Origin: Epiperipatus broadwayi
Lineage: Eukaryota > Animalia > Onychophora
Assembly (NCBI GenBank): GCA_028023455.1
Contig: JAQFVV010000005.1
Span: forward strand, 11,160,001-11,224,000
DNA length: 64,000 bases
Direction of reading: 5' to 3'
Below the pieces are notes generated by a model. The model saw only the letters and a list, made by a program, of their open reading frames with translations. It made no database searches and was not told the origin of the DNA. Each line of letters opens with the position of its first letter. Within the stretch, counting starts at the first letter, position 1. A program made the translations under genes and the position numbers. Shown in pieces: positions 39,800 to 52,682 of this stretch.

Positions 39800-41560
39800 T
39801 TGTTAAAAAGCCTTGCACAGTTGCTTCCTTTCTTTCTAACACTACTGTTGTCTGATGATGTTAATTACCTTCGGAGTTTATTTAAATCATTATTCATTGT
39901 CAGCCAAAAGACATTCCACATCATACATACTACATTTTCTAAACCTCTGTCTCTTGTTTTATTTTTTAATTATTCCTAGCCATTTTTCTTTTTATGATTG
40001 CTAATAAACCTTATTTTTCTCATATTTTTTACTGCCCCTTCTATAAATTTTTCATAATTCATTTGCCCTTAAATTATTTCCAATCCAGTTTCTTTTATTA
40101 TTCATAATTTTTTCAAAAAATAGTCTTTTTTTTTTTTTAACAATTCTAATCTTAGTTTTCAAGTTATCCTATCTTCTCTTTTTTAATTTTTTGTCTACAC
40201 TTTTTTGTAATTGCCCATATGCATGCTCTAAATAAAGGAATCATCACCACCATTTCCAATCATTCTTGATTCATTGCAGATGAAGATCTCTCCTAGTCTA
40301 ATCCAGTTTCTTTGATCTCTAACCTCTCTTCTTTGAAACATATCAATAAACTTTCTTATTTCATCTGATCTTCTCAAATATAGTCTCTTTTCAGATCTTT
40401 TACAATCCTGTTGGATCCAGTTTAAGAGTTATACTGCTCATCTATTAACATCTTTTTTAGAAAATGTCCAGGATACTTCCATTTCAGTCTTAATTCTTTC
40501 AATGATGTTAGTGACCCTTGTTTGATCTTTCACACATCCATTTCATTTTTGATATTTTCTTGTTACTTCTAACATATATCTCTCCATAATTCATTGATTG
40601 ATCTGAAAATTCTGTATTTCTTTTCTGTTAAGTATCCAAACTTTAAATTTGTAAGTAAGAATTGGTAAAATAATTACATTAAAAATCTTCATTTTTAAAC
40701 ATGTAGGCATATTTCCCTTTAAAATCAAGTTCTCTGATGTATAATTTCTTCCATTATTTATTCCATCTATATTGATAATATGACCAAAATATTTGTAATT
40801 AAGTTTTTCTAAATCATTAACATCAACCTTTTTTTTTTTAGAGAAAATTTATTAAACATAATTTCAATCTTTTTAGCATTTATCCTTAGTCTTACTTTCT
40901 TATTTTTATCTAATAACTTTTAACATTTTCCATAGCGGATTATTTGCTAAAATACATCATAGATGACTTAAATAATTTTTATTTACTTTTATTTCCTTAG
41001 CTTTCCATTTTAATCTGCAAAATATTTATTGTAAAATTGCTGTAAAAAGATTTGAAGATATGGAATTACTCTATCATACATGAATGTTAATCTTAATTTG
41101 ACCATATAATCTACGACAATATCTTAAGTCTATATCTTGATGATACAATGCTTTAATCACTATAAAGATACTTAGAAAAGCAAATATTATTTCATAATCT
41201 ACAAATCCAAAGCATAATGGTGATTCACATTTATTGGTTCTTTTTATTACTTTTCTCAGTACTTAGATGTGATTCATTGTACTAAAACTACTTTTAAATC
41301 TAGCTTGTTCTTTTGATAAAATCCAAAGTTCACTGTAGATGGCCTTTAATTCATCTTGGTAAATATTTTGTTTGATGAATGACTTATAGGTCTCTAATTT
41401 TTAATATCTTCATTATCAACTTTCTTAAATAACAATATTACTGCTACATTCTTTTAGTCATTCAGTATATATTTATCATTGATATATAATTTTGCTGTCA
41501 ATTTTTTTTTGTTTCTTCACCTGCTTCTTTTAAGATATTGATTGTAATTCCATAGAACCC
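39800..41560 (-). mobile_element. Decayed RTE-like LINE fragment (RT and C-terminal region)
   Basis: Similar to 53.0-54.2 kb (ataatctacaaatccaaa = FVDY, gacttaaataa, gcatatttccc); many stops. Confidence 0.75.
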
Positions 41561-43399
41561 AGATTAAAATATATTATGTTTATAGTTACGATTGAATTTT
41601 ATTTTATGAAATTAATTTAGTTTTGCTTCATTAAAAGACAGTTTGATTTTGTTTTTAAAACTTATGATAGTCATAAAAAACTTTTTTTGAAATTTTTTTG
41701 ATTGTTCAAAAGACTAATCAGATTTTAGGAAATTGTGTAAGGTTATCATGACAATATGTGAATGAGATAAATTACAATACAAACGTAAATCTTAATGATG
41801 AATAGTAGTGGCTTCTGGCTGACTTTTATTCAAGATATAAGGGACGAATGATTTTTCAAATTTAATATTCACTCATTCATTTGCAACCCCATATAAATGT
41901 GTATGATTATCCTAACTACAGAAACAGAATTAAATAAGATTTTTATAAGATTATACAAACTAATCTGTGAGATACTAATATGTCCACAGATATTACATCA
42001 TTTCATGATTTGATATCTTGTAATGCTGCCTTTTAATTACTGCAGTAAACAAATCTTTTTGAAATACTTTTAACAATTTTTCTGATTGTAGCTTTCTATT
42101 ACATTCTACATTATGTATACTTGGACATATTCTCATAATGAAAGTTAATATTGTATTATTTTAGAATATGCTATGTTATTCTAGCCCAGCAAGGATGATG
42201 GCACATGTAATCAGTTTTGATTTGCTGAACAAATATAGCATTATGGTAGAACAAATAAAGAAATTGAAAAGCACAACAAATTTTATATATATGAATAATT
42301 ATTTAATTCATTAACTAGTCAAATTTATATAGACAATTTCAATGTAATTTTGACTATTTACAAAGATATATGTAGATCAATAAATATCTTAATACATTAG
42401 TTTTGCTATAATAATATCTGTACAACCAGCATAACGTTGTCCAAAAGCCTGTTTTGTAACCTACATAGGCAGATTTTTTTAAGATATGGTGATTTATTCT
42501 ATGGTTTTCTTTATAGTTCACTCTCTAGGTCTGTCCTGATTTTCTGTCAAATAGTTCTATTTATGCCATTGGCAGATTTATTCTTTTTTTTTTTTTTTTG
42601 AGTAATTACAATTCAGTATAAAACAATCTCTTTTGATATATAGGAAGTCAGTTGATATGTTTTTGAGTTCTTTCCCATTCTTTCAAAACTATATTATTAC
42701 AAGCATATAACACAATAAGCCAAAAGATAAACTGACAAATTAAGTAGGAAACATCTGTACTTGTTTAATATTTTTTCATAAACCCTATTATATATTGTTG
42801 GTGCTACATATTTTATAGCCATAACTATTTTTTGTTTACGCACTTGTAAAATTAATAGCATATACACAGTATGTCACAGTGAAAAAGTGACTGGTTCACC
42901 AAACTGCCTGTAGTGCCACTTTTCAATCAATGCAGGTACTAACATAAATGATCAAAAGTTATGGCAAGAAAAGTTGTGTTTCATACCTCAGTAGGTCATT
43001 TTCAGTGTTCTCCCTGCCATCATGAACTTTTGCAAATTACTTGAAAACATTCTTGCAATTCATATCTTCACTATCATACATAGTTTGAATTATTTCAAAA
43101 ACTGTTTTAAATTTAAAACAAAATCTAATGTTAACACATTATTCTAGCATGGATTAAGGCACGAAACATATTATCACATTTCATGTTATAAATCATAATC
43201 TAAATATACTAGTCTTTAAATTTTTTCGGAGCTAAACTATATCATTATGTAGCATGTGCATTGATTCAAAGATGGTACTGCAGATTGCAGACAGTTTGGA
43301 AGGTTTCACTGAAACACAGTGTGCATATATAACATAATTAAAATTGCAGTATTAAAAACATAAAATTTCATTACATGTATAATATAACAACATATTCCA

Positions 43400-43960
43400 C
43401 AAAAATTATTGAAATTAATAAAATGTATTTTTAGAGTGCTTGTTTCTATTTAATCATTTCACACGCTTAATATATCGAGAATGTTTTTTTATAATAGGAG
43501 ATTCAATGGTATATGCAGAAGAATATCGTACATAGATTAGCTTTTTGATTTTGCAAATGTGTTTTCAAAATCTCATGGAGCATCTTTAAATAAAATTTGT
43601 TCAGATTTTTATGTTGTGATGATAGTGATCTCCATGCCACTACCATACAACAAATTATGCAAAGATATTCTTAAGTAACTAATCTATTTGAATAGCTTTG
43701 TCACTACGATGAAGTATTATATCTTTTAACTTGTTTAATACAGCAGAAACACACTGGAATTTGTTACGTATCTTAGCAGCCAAGTTCCTTTTTCTATCGA
43801 AATAGCTGCTAAAATATTTAAATCGATTCATATTCTGAAGTTTATAACCATAAAGTTGAAATGTGAATCAAGATTTTTTTTTATATTACTGATTCATAAA
43901 ACATTGAATTTTTTTAACATTAATTATTAAACCAGAATCTTATAGATTGTATTCAAAATA
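43400..43960 (-). mobile_element. Highly decayed LINE RT fragment
   Basis: Frame YKLQNMNRFKYFSS...VSAVLNKLKDII resembles the post-YADD FKYLGS region of RTE-type RTs. Confidence 0.35.
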
Positions 43961-45851
43961 TTAAGAATATTCTGTAGATCATCTCTTTTACTTCACAACT
44001 TATTTTTCTTGCACTTAAAATGGCAAAAAACGATAAAATAAAAGAGTCCACTGCTTAGAAATTCTTACAGATTCTTCATAAAAAAATGGTGAAGATATTA
44101 ATCATCAGTTTAGGCAATTTTAAGATGATGGAGTCTTTAATTATTTTTTCCTTATTTTATTCTCTGCCTAATAATAAATGATTATTTGACTTACTGATAT
44201 TTGGATGATTAGAGAAATAGATGAAAAAGAATATTTTTAGAGTAATATAGAAAAGATATGATTAGATAAGCAGGATTATGCATAAAAGTTCGTCTTACAT
44301 AATTTGAAAATAGTATAATGTTGATATTAAACATAATAGAAATGAAAAGATGGAAATATTCATAATATACTAAAAAATGTTATGAATAAAGGGTTCATTT
44401 GTGATTTACTGTGAAAGTAATGAAATAAAACTTAAAAATTTGTGCAAAATAATATTTATATTGAATTTTCTGATAAAGTTATTTTTAACAGAAATATTAC
44501 CATAAACTCAGTTATACACTACATTCCAGTAGAAGGTGATACTATTAATTATCTATTTTCATCAGCTCTATATGGAAATTGCTTGATAGTGTCAACAATA
44601 TGTAAATTATGTGAATACTACATCTGGGGAACAGATTTATACCCAAGTCAAATAAGTATTAATGATTTTTGTTACAAATCAGTAGAATAGATTAAAGTAA
44701 AAACAAAAAGTTCATCGGTAATCCTGGTTATCCTTCTTAGTTAAATGTTTAGCTTTATGTTATTTTGACCCCTAATTCAATAATTATTATTGAAATAATT
44801 TATCCAATAGGATATTTATTTTAAATACATTGTGAAATAATATTTGATTTAATAAGTTTAGTCATCATATTGACTAAAGTATGTAATTTTAAGATCAACT
44901 TTAGAAAAAAATTCAAAGCAATTCAATCATAAACTTCACGTATCTCTTTCTCCAGAATATTCTATTTATAGTTATATTGTGAGCAACTCTGAAGAATTCA
45001 CATGACTGCATCAAATTATTATTAAGCACTGCTTCAACCTTATTTACTTAATCCAGTGTCAGACACAGATAATTAATCATTAGCTTGCTAATTTGATAAT
45101 ATTTGATCTTTATAAATGTCAGTTTGTTATTAATTGACATCCTACCATTTATTGACCTTGGGTCTGCCATATTTTTCTAAGCCATGGTGGTATTTTTACA
45201 TCGGGTGTTCTGATTTTATTTGTTAAATAATTTTATATTCACTTTTTGTCAAAGAAATAGTCTTATTTAAAATGAAACAATACAATGGCACATAAATGTA
45301 CACTTACTGGGATAAGTTAATCATAATAAGGAAAAGATTACTTTAAGAAAAACAATATGAATAGTTCAGTGTTGTAACACTATATAAATAAAAACTGAAT
45401 AACATAAGATTATCTCAATCTTATCAGTGTTTCTTAGGATTACAATCATGCGGTTGGAGCAATCATATCTATGGATATTATATTTTTTAAAAAATTAGGC
45501 ATGATTAGAAAACAAAGAATCCAAAAAGGCACAATGACAGAAAGACTAGTCTTGAAATCCATCAGCTGGGATCACATCAGTGTAGTTAGAGTTAGATAAT
45601 GATAGAGATGACCAAGCTATTGCAGAAAGCATTAAGAAAAATAATGCTTCAATAATTAGTAACTAAATTTCTTGAATCTTAAGCATGGCTTTACTTAACC
45701 ACAAAGAATTTCTAAGCGGAGGGTAGCTAATGATCATCAAATCATTACTAATAATAAGTAACCTATTCAGAGAATTAACAAATATATTATTATCAAACCA
45801 TACACAATATCCCCACAAAAATTCTTGTTCAAAGAGTTAACAAACACATAC

Positions 45852-46363
45852 TGGTACTTTTACCAGAGGTGCTCGATTGCCACCAGGCGGCACTGCAGCA
45901 TCATCAACAACCAGTCCGAAGCCTGCAAGTGATAAATTTATATCCAAAAGTGGCTGGGTCTATTCTCTTTATTTTTTTTTTTGATATTAAATTTTATGGG
46001 ATTTTCTTGTTTTTTTTTTTTATAATTTGAACTTCGATGTATATTTTGGATATATATATAGCCCCAGGCCCCTTTATTTGTCGATTTACGTGAGGAATTC
46101 TTGATTTTAGGGGTGTGTGTCTTTTTGTTTTTTTTTTAATATTAAATTTTGTGATGTATTTTAGATATATATATATAAATAGCCTCAGGCGTTTTACTTG
46201 TCAAATTTTCAGCCACTTTTGTATATATAGCCTTAGGCATTTTTACTTTTCAATTTTCAGCCACTTTTGGATATAAATTTATCACTTGCAGGCTTCGGAC
46301 TGGTTGGTGATAATGCCGCAGCACCGTCTGGTGGCGATCGAGCAAACTCTGGTAAAAGTACCA
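45852..46363. mobile_element. MITE with ~105-bp GC-rich TIRs and internal ~48-bp subrepeats
   Basis: tggtacttttaccagag...gcctgcaagtgataaatttatatccaaaagtggctg is inverted at the right end; internal tatatagcc..aggc..tttact repeats; possible TA flanks. Confidence 0.85.
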
Positions 46364-48399
46364 TATTTCTTTTCTAGTAAGATAATATATTCAGTTATCT
46401 TCACAGCCTGTGTCACTTTTTGTTAAATCATTCTGTTATATTATTAATTAGCATAATCCTGATACTAATAATGTGGGTTTTTCATTGCATGATAGTACCT
46501 GGCTATAGTCTGCCATCATCATTGCCTGAATGATTACCTTCTACGAGCATCTGTAAGATCATTTTCTAGTATGGTTATGCATGGCTACTTTTTGCAAACT
46601 TATATTAGGGTCTTTCTTCAAGGGATTTCACTGTTTTCTTGATAATCTATTTCTTCCACCAATTAGTCCTGTATAAGCATTTTATGGTTGAATTTGGCAT
46701 TGATATATTGTACATAGTACATGACACTTGATATCTTGATCATCTCATACAAAATTACACGTTGAATTGCATTATGCAATCATAATAAGTACTGATGATG
46801 TTTATTTCATAACTAATGAAATGAAAATCCATCACATTCTATGTGATCAATAAGTTACTTTTAATTTACATCATTTTTTCTGGGTAAAGCAGTTTTTCTG
46901 TTAAGTAAGTAAGATAAAAAGCACTAAAAGAATATTTGATCATAGATGTATTCTATACAAATTACAGTTAACTGAGGTGAGTTATTGTATTAAATTATTA
47001 TATTAATAGAATCCATATTAAAACAATCTTCATTTGTTAGCCCCTCATATATATTTTTTTATTGTTTTTATTTAGGTTTTAATGAATAACATCTGAATAA
47101 CATGACTATGGGATGTAAATACTATGGAATGATTGTGTACACCCCTGTGTGATGCAAGATCTATAAATGTCGATTGATTATTACAATCACCAATAAAACA
47201 TTTTCAGCTAATTATCCATTAGTTATTTGTTATCTAATAATACTTTCATCACAGACTCATATTATAATCTTCATTGATCATTCTCTTTCTGGAAAGAATA
47301 TAATGAATATATACTTTGCATTATGAATCAATGTTATGTGTAGTATTAATATCAGTATTACCACTCTCATAGTATAAATTATTATTATAATTTGAGACTA
47401 ATAACAAACTATTCTGAAATTTTTGGGTAATGAATGTCAGGATTACTTTGTGACTGTTTTAAACTTTGTAATATTAAAAAGCTATGAGTAGTATTCTGAA
47501 GATGCAAAATTACAGAAATATGAGATGATTATTATTTGAGAACCACATATCAACATATTAGTATAATGAGTAGCATTTAAATTTTCACCAAAGAAATATG
47601 AAAGGTTGGATGGTACATGATTACGAAAAATTAAACAATTTGACACTGATCTTTGAAAGAGATTCCAGTCTGCTAAAATATTTCAAAATTCCCATTGAAA
47701 TATATATTTCAGCTATTCTATTATTTGAAATCTTTCAATCGTAAAATGAATCTAATTTTTATTGCAATTTTGCTTTTGTAAAATTGTAATAAATGCTAGC
47801 ATTTGATTTGAAAATTTAAAAAAATGTTAAATATTTATTGCTTAGGAGTTCTGTGAAGTTCATTTACTGTGACTGTTGTAGCTATGATCAGGACCTTTCC
47901 TTTTTGTCTACCATTCTTTTATTGGATGTAAATTTTACAGAGTATCTGAATAATTCTGTTAAGAAATAGTTTTGATTTTAAGACTTTTGCAATGTTCAGC
48001 AATTTTAATTTTTAATCATTAAAATTTGCAAAATAATTAAAAATATGTGCCAAATGAATTTTATTCCTGGTAGTATGTAAGATACATGTTACATTATAAA
48101 CAAACATTATTAATTTGTAGAATCAAATGAAAATCTCTTGCAAACTTAATCATTATTTGTTAGAAATTGCATTAAAAAGAAAGCATGAACTTTAATGATT
48201 TCAAAGAACTTAAGCAAGTATTTTGGAAAATCTTTTTTTTTTCTTAAGCACTTTTTCATGTTATATGTAGACAATTCTAATTAATTTATTTTGTTCACAA
48301 TAGATAGAAACCTGTAGGAAAAATTTAGTTCATTACAAGATTTATTTTTATAAAAAAAGATCAAAAGACAAAAACACATTTACTAAGAAATAAAATATC

Positions 48400-50136
48400 A
48401 AATTGTGTAAATACAAATATGCTGACAAAGTCTTTTCAAAGAACATATGATCTCACACAGAAGAGAATTTTCCCTAACAATTTGTATGATTACAAAGCTG
48501 TATTTGTTAAAAGTGGCCATGTATTAATTATGAATGTGATCATACAAGAAAACTTTTTGTTATTGGTTATGTAATTATATAATATCTATAAAAAGAATTT
48601 TAAAACAATGAATTCAGCTCAAAAATCTGCTTTAATATATGAAAGAACTTGTACAGGAAAAAAACATTACAACTATAGCTTGTGTGATCACATATCTAGT
48701 TCAAAACGTAGTTTAAAAGAACATGAAGTAATTCAAAGTCATTTAGAAATCCATGAAATTACTCATACAAAAGAAAAACCTTTTCACCATTCTTTATGTG
48801 ATTACAAGGCTGCTAAAAAAATCATTAATAGCACATGAAAGTCATCACATAGGGAGAAAACCATTTCATTGTAGTATGTGTGATTACAAGACTGCTACTA
48901 AAAGTGATTTTAAAAAACATGAGTATCCATTCAGAACAAAAACCATATCACTGTCAGTTTTGTGATTATAAAACGGTTGTGAAAGCTAATTTTGAAAGAC
49001 ATGAACAAACTCATTCAGGAGAAAAACCTTTTCATTGCACTTTGTGCGATTATAAAGCTTCTCAAAAAGGACTTTTGATAGTACATGAGAGACATCACAC
49101 AGGAGAAACGCCTTTTCAATGCACTTTGTGTAATTTCAAAACAGCTGCTAAAGGGTCTTTAACGAAACATAAAAGAACGCATTTAAGAGAAAAACCTTTG
49201 ATCTGTGCTTTGTGTGATTACAAAACTGTTAGAAAATCTCATTTAATAATACATGAAAGAATTCATTCAGGGCAAAACACAGAACAACAACCATACCACT
49301 GCACTTTGTGTAATTACAAATCTGTTGTAAAATCCAATCTAAAACGACATGAAAGATGTCATACTGGTGAAAAACCTTTCCACTGTAAGTTATGTAACTA
49401 CAAAACTGCTCAAAAAGGTAATTTATTCATACATGAAAATAATCATTCAAGAGCAAAATCTTTTTGTTGCAAATTATGTAATTACAAAACATCTAGAAAA
49501 GATAATCTTAAAAAACATGTAAGAAATCATACAAAACAAAAATCTAATCAAACCAATTTCCATGATTACAAAACATCTAAAAACTCTAAATTTGCAATTC
49601 ATGAAAGAATACATGCAGAAGAAAAATGTTACACCTGTAAATTATGTGATTACAAAGCATCACAAAAATCTTACTTAATAATACATAAACAAATTCATAT
49701 TAGTGAAAAACGTTATCACTGCACCAAGGCACCTACAAAAAGTAACTTAAAAAAGCATTACATAAATCATGCAAAGGTTTCCAAATGTAGTTTTTATGAT
49801 TGTAAGACTTCTCAAAAGAAAAGTTTAGTAATATATGGAAAAAATCATATGAGGAAAAAAATCTTGCATTTTAATTTTTGTGATTTCACTGCAGTTGACA
49901 AAAATAAAATATCTGAAATAAATCTTACAAAGGAGAAAATGTATTCACTTAGTTTGTGTCAATACAAGAGTTTTGGTCATTTTTCCGGTAATGTGGAAAA
50001 TTGCAACCGGAAAGATAAAGTATTTAAGTGTCATTTGTGTGATTACAAAAATGCAGAAGAAAGAGTATTGAAAAGTCATGAAGCAAGCCATTTCATGGAT
50101 CAAGATACTCTTGAGATTTTTGTACAAATTTCTTGA
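48400..50136 (+). pseudogene. C2H2 zinc-finger locus with 5' frameshifts (pseudogene or sequence error)
   Basis: Overlapping ORFs 48608-48838, 48753-48965 and 48880-50136 join into one finger array via frameshifts near 48820 and 48920; degenerate fingers at 48400-48600. Confidence 0.6.
48880..50136 (+). CDS. C2H2 zinc-finger protein (CxxCDYK-type fingers, TGEKPF-like linkers)
   Basis: 418-aa ORF with about 9 intact fingers (e.g. CTLCDYKASQKGLLIVHERHH-TGETPF) and degenerate C-terminal fingers. Confidence 0.8.
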   Translation: MITRLLLKVILKNMSIHSEQKPYHCQFCDYKTVVKANFERHEQTHSGEKPFHCTLCDYKASQKGLLIVHERHHTGETPFQCTLCNFKTAAKGSLTKHKRTHLREKPLICALCDYKTVRKSHLIIHERIHSGQNTEQQPYHCTLCNYKSVVKSNLKRHERCHTGEKPFHCKLCNYKTAQKGNLFIHENNHSRAKSFCCKLCNYKTSRKDNLKKHVRNHTKQKSNQTNFHDYKTSKNSKFAIHERIHAEEKCYTCKLCDYKASQKSYLIIHKQIHISEKRYHCTKAPTKSNLKKHYINHAKVSKCSFYDCKTSQKKSLVIYGKNHMRKKILHFNFCDFTAVDKNKISEINLTKEKMYSLSLCQYKSFGHFSGNVENCNRKDKVFKCHLCDYKNAEERVLKSHEASHFMDQDTLEIFVQIS

Positions 50137-52682
50137 CAAAATTTAAATTAATTAAAAGTGCAGAATCTAAAAAAACAAAGTGGCAACCATATGTATTAAT
50201 AATGAAATGAAACTAGCTCTCTTGTTTGTAATAAGTGTATCCTTTATCTGTAAAAAATCATTTTAAATATTAATTTTAAGTTTACAAAGTATACATATAA
50301 TAACAAGATTCAGAACCTTTTTCAAATTGGATACCCCCTAAGATTATATTATATTTAATTTTTCATTTTAAAATTAATAAAATATACTGACATAATGATC
50401 CTGAAAAAAACTGGTTGAATAATAACCCAAGATCTTGCAATCTCCTTTTGGGATAGAACAGATAACAACTTAACTTTTTTGATTTCTGTGTTAATAGAGA
50501 ATTTTGCATATTATTCTACAAAACTGATTGTCTTAATGGTAATATTCATTCACTGAATAACTGAATTTGATAAATGTTAAGCAATAAAAGAATCAATTTC
50601 AACATTTGTGAAGGCAAAGTAATCTATAGAATACTTCAAAAGTCTCCATAGGCCCTTTTGCAATAATTCAGCCATAGTTAATTCAATATTTATTTTTAAA
50701 ATATACAGGTGGTTCTCTACTTTTGACAAAATGTGCGTACTTTTATGTAATGATTCTCATTTTCTCATGGACTATTAATCACTAGTTCTTTCCTACCTCT
50801 CTGACATTAATAATATCCATTTTCAGTATTACAGATTCAGTCTTGAGCAATGATATTTTGAGTTTGTGTGTTGATAAGTTGTGTCTTGTCAGTTTATGTT
50901 AGAATGTGTGCTATCATTTTATATACATTTCTGTTTTGATGAAAAAATTCGCCCTTATTAATTCATAAACATGAGTACAAAAAAATAGTCGTGTTGATAC
51001 AGACAAAAAGAAATCAAGGTCTCATAATCTCCATATGAATGAGACGAAGATGAATCTTTTGCTTCACTCGATTGTTCATATAATTTAAGTCAATCAACTA
51101 TGTTCACTCATGAAAAACAAGAACAAAATTAAGGAACTTTTCCAAATTCATACACTGTCATTAAAATTATTAATCTAGATTTTATATTTCACTCAGCCTC
51201 ATTTTTTTCTCAATTAAAATAAAAAAAATTTAGATAAAAATATTTTCAAAGCATGAAAATTTATTATTAAGAATTCTTTGAACTTTTTTTTTAAAAATAG
51301 AAACATAATACTTAGCAGAAATATATATATACACATGCATTTTAAACCCTTTCTGATGTTTTTTTTACATTGCTGTATTTTCGTACATTTCAACTTTCAT
51401 ACATATTTTAAAAATCAATTAGGCAGAGGATCGCCTGTATATATGTTTTTATTTAATGATATATCCTTTACATTTATATGGTTTTACTATTACTGGAAAA
51501 ATGCATTTAATATCTCCAGATATTAAAAACATAGAGATGATTAATAAAGTTCAGTATGCAAGAATAGTCAGTTTCTGAAACCATAATCTGCAGAAACTTT
51601 ATTATTCATTCAAAATTGAATTAAAATAAGAATCACAACAAAAAAAATTTTTAAAATGAATTGTCTGAGATAATATAACATGGCTAAACAACCAAATTGT
51701 GGAATTGGTGAGAGAATGAGTTATACACCATTTTCTAATAATGAACATTTTCTGATGTATTTGCTGTTATTTTTAATGTGTGAATTAAAATGATCTTCAG
51801 TTCATAAATTGTTGAACAGCCTCAAGTCAAATTCTTATAATAAAAACTAGATAAATTATTACAGTTGTCAGCTTAATTTTTGACTGCTTAATATTCACTT
51901 AAAATGTTGAAAGACTTCTAACTAGGATTATCATACAAAAATTTTGATTTAATTTTTCATTGATAAAATGAAATCTAACATTAAACTGATATTGAACATG
52001 GAAAGTGGATAACTGAAATAAATTTTGTTTTATTGTGATATTTATTTTTAATAAATTACCAACATTTTTGATTTGATTATTTTTTAATTATATAAAAAAG
52101 ATTAATAGTTGATGTATAAATCACAAATTGTGAATATTATTTAAATGACAAAATATTTTTTGTTTTTTAAAAAATGAAAATCCGCACAAGTTGGGAGGAA
52201 TTTAAGAGAAAGTTTGACCATTTAAAATTTACTGATAGTTTGAATGCCTCCAATTTTGATTATTATATTCTTACTGAAGTTCTGATTTCATTTTCATCAG
52301 TAAACTTCACATTAAATTGATGTTGAACATGTATTGTAGATAACTGAACTTATTGTTATTTAGTTCTGTGATTTGCACGTCTGTGGGTGCCAAACACTGG
52401 TTTAATTTATATACATTTATAATGTTTATTAATAAAATATTTGCAGTTTGTCTTATACCATTTTTTAAAAGAATGATTTTCTCTTAATACCAGCTTTTCT
52501 AGTCATTGCAGTTAAGTGTTAAGGCAAAAGTAATTTTTGAATTAATTGATTTTAAGATAAAAGTTTTAATCACCACCTTATATGATAAAAGTATTTATAG
52601 CTTAATTTTATTTGATTTTTTTATCAATATTTAGTGATCATGCTTTAAATCTCATAACAGATGACATAGATTCATGGATATA

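Noticed and set aside
45400-45850. Possible RNase H remnant of an I/R1-type LINE
   Set aside because: Only a faint WxxxH...NDRDDQAIA resemblance across stops and frameshifts; too weak to call.
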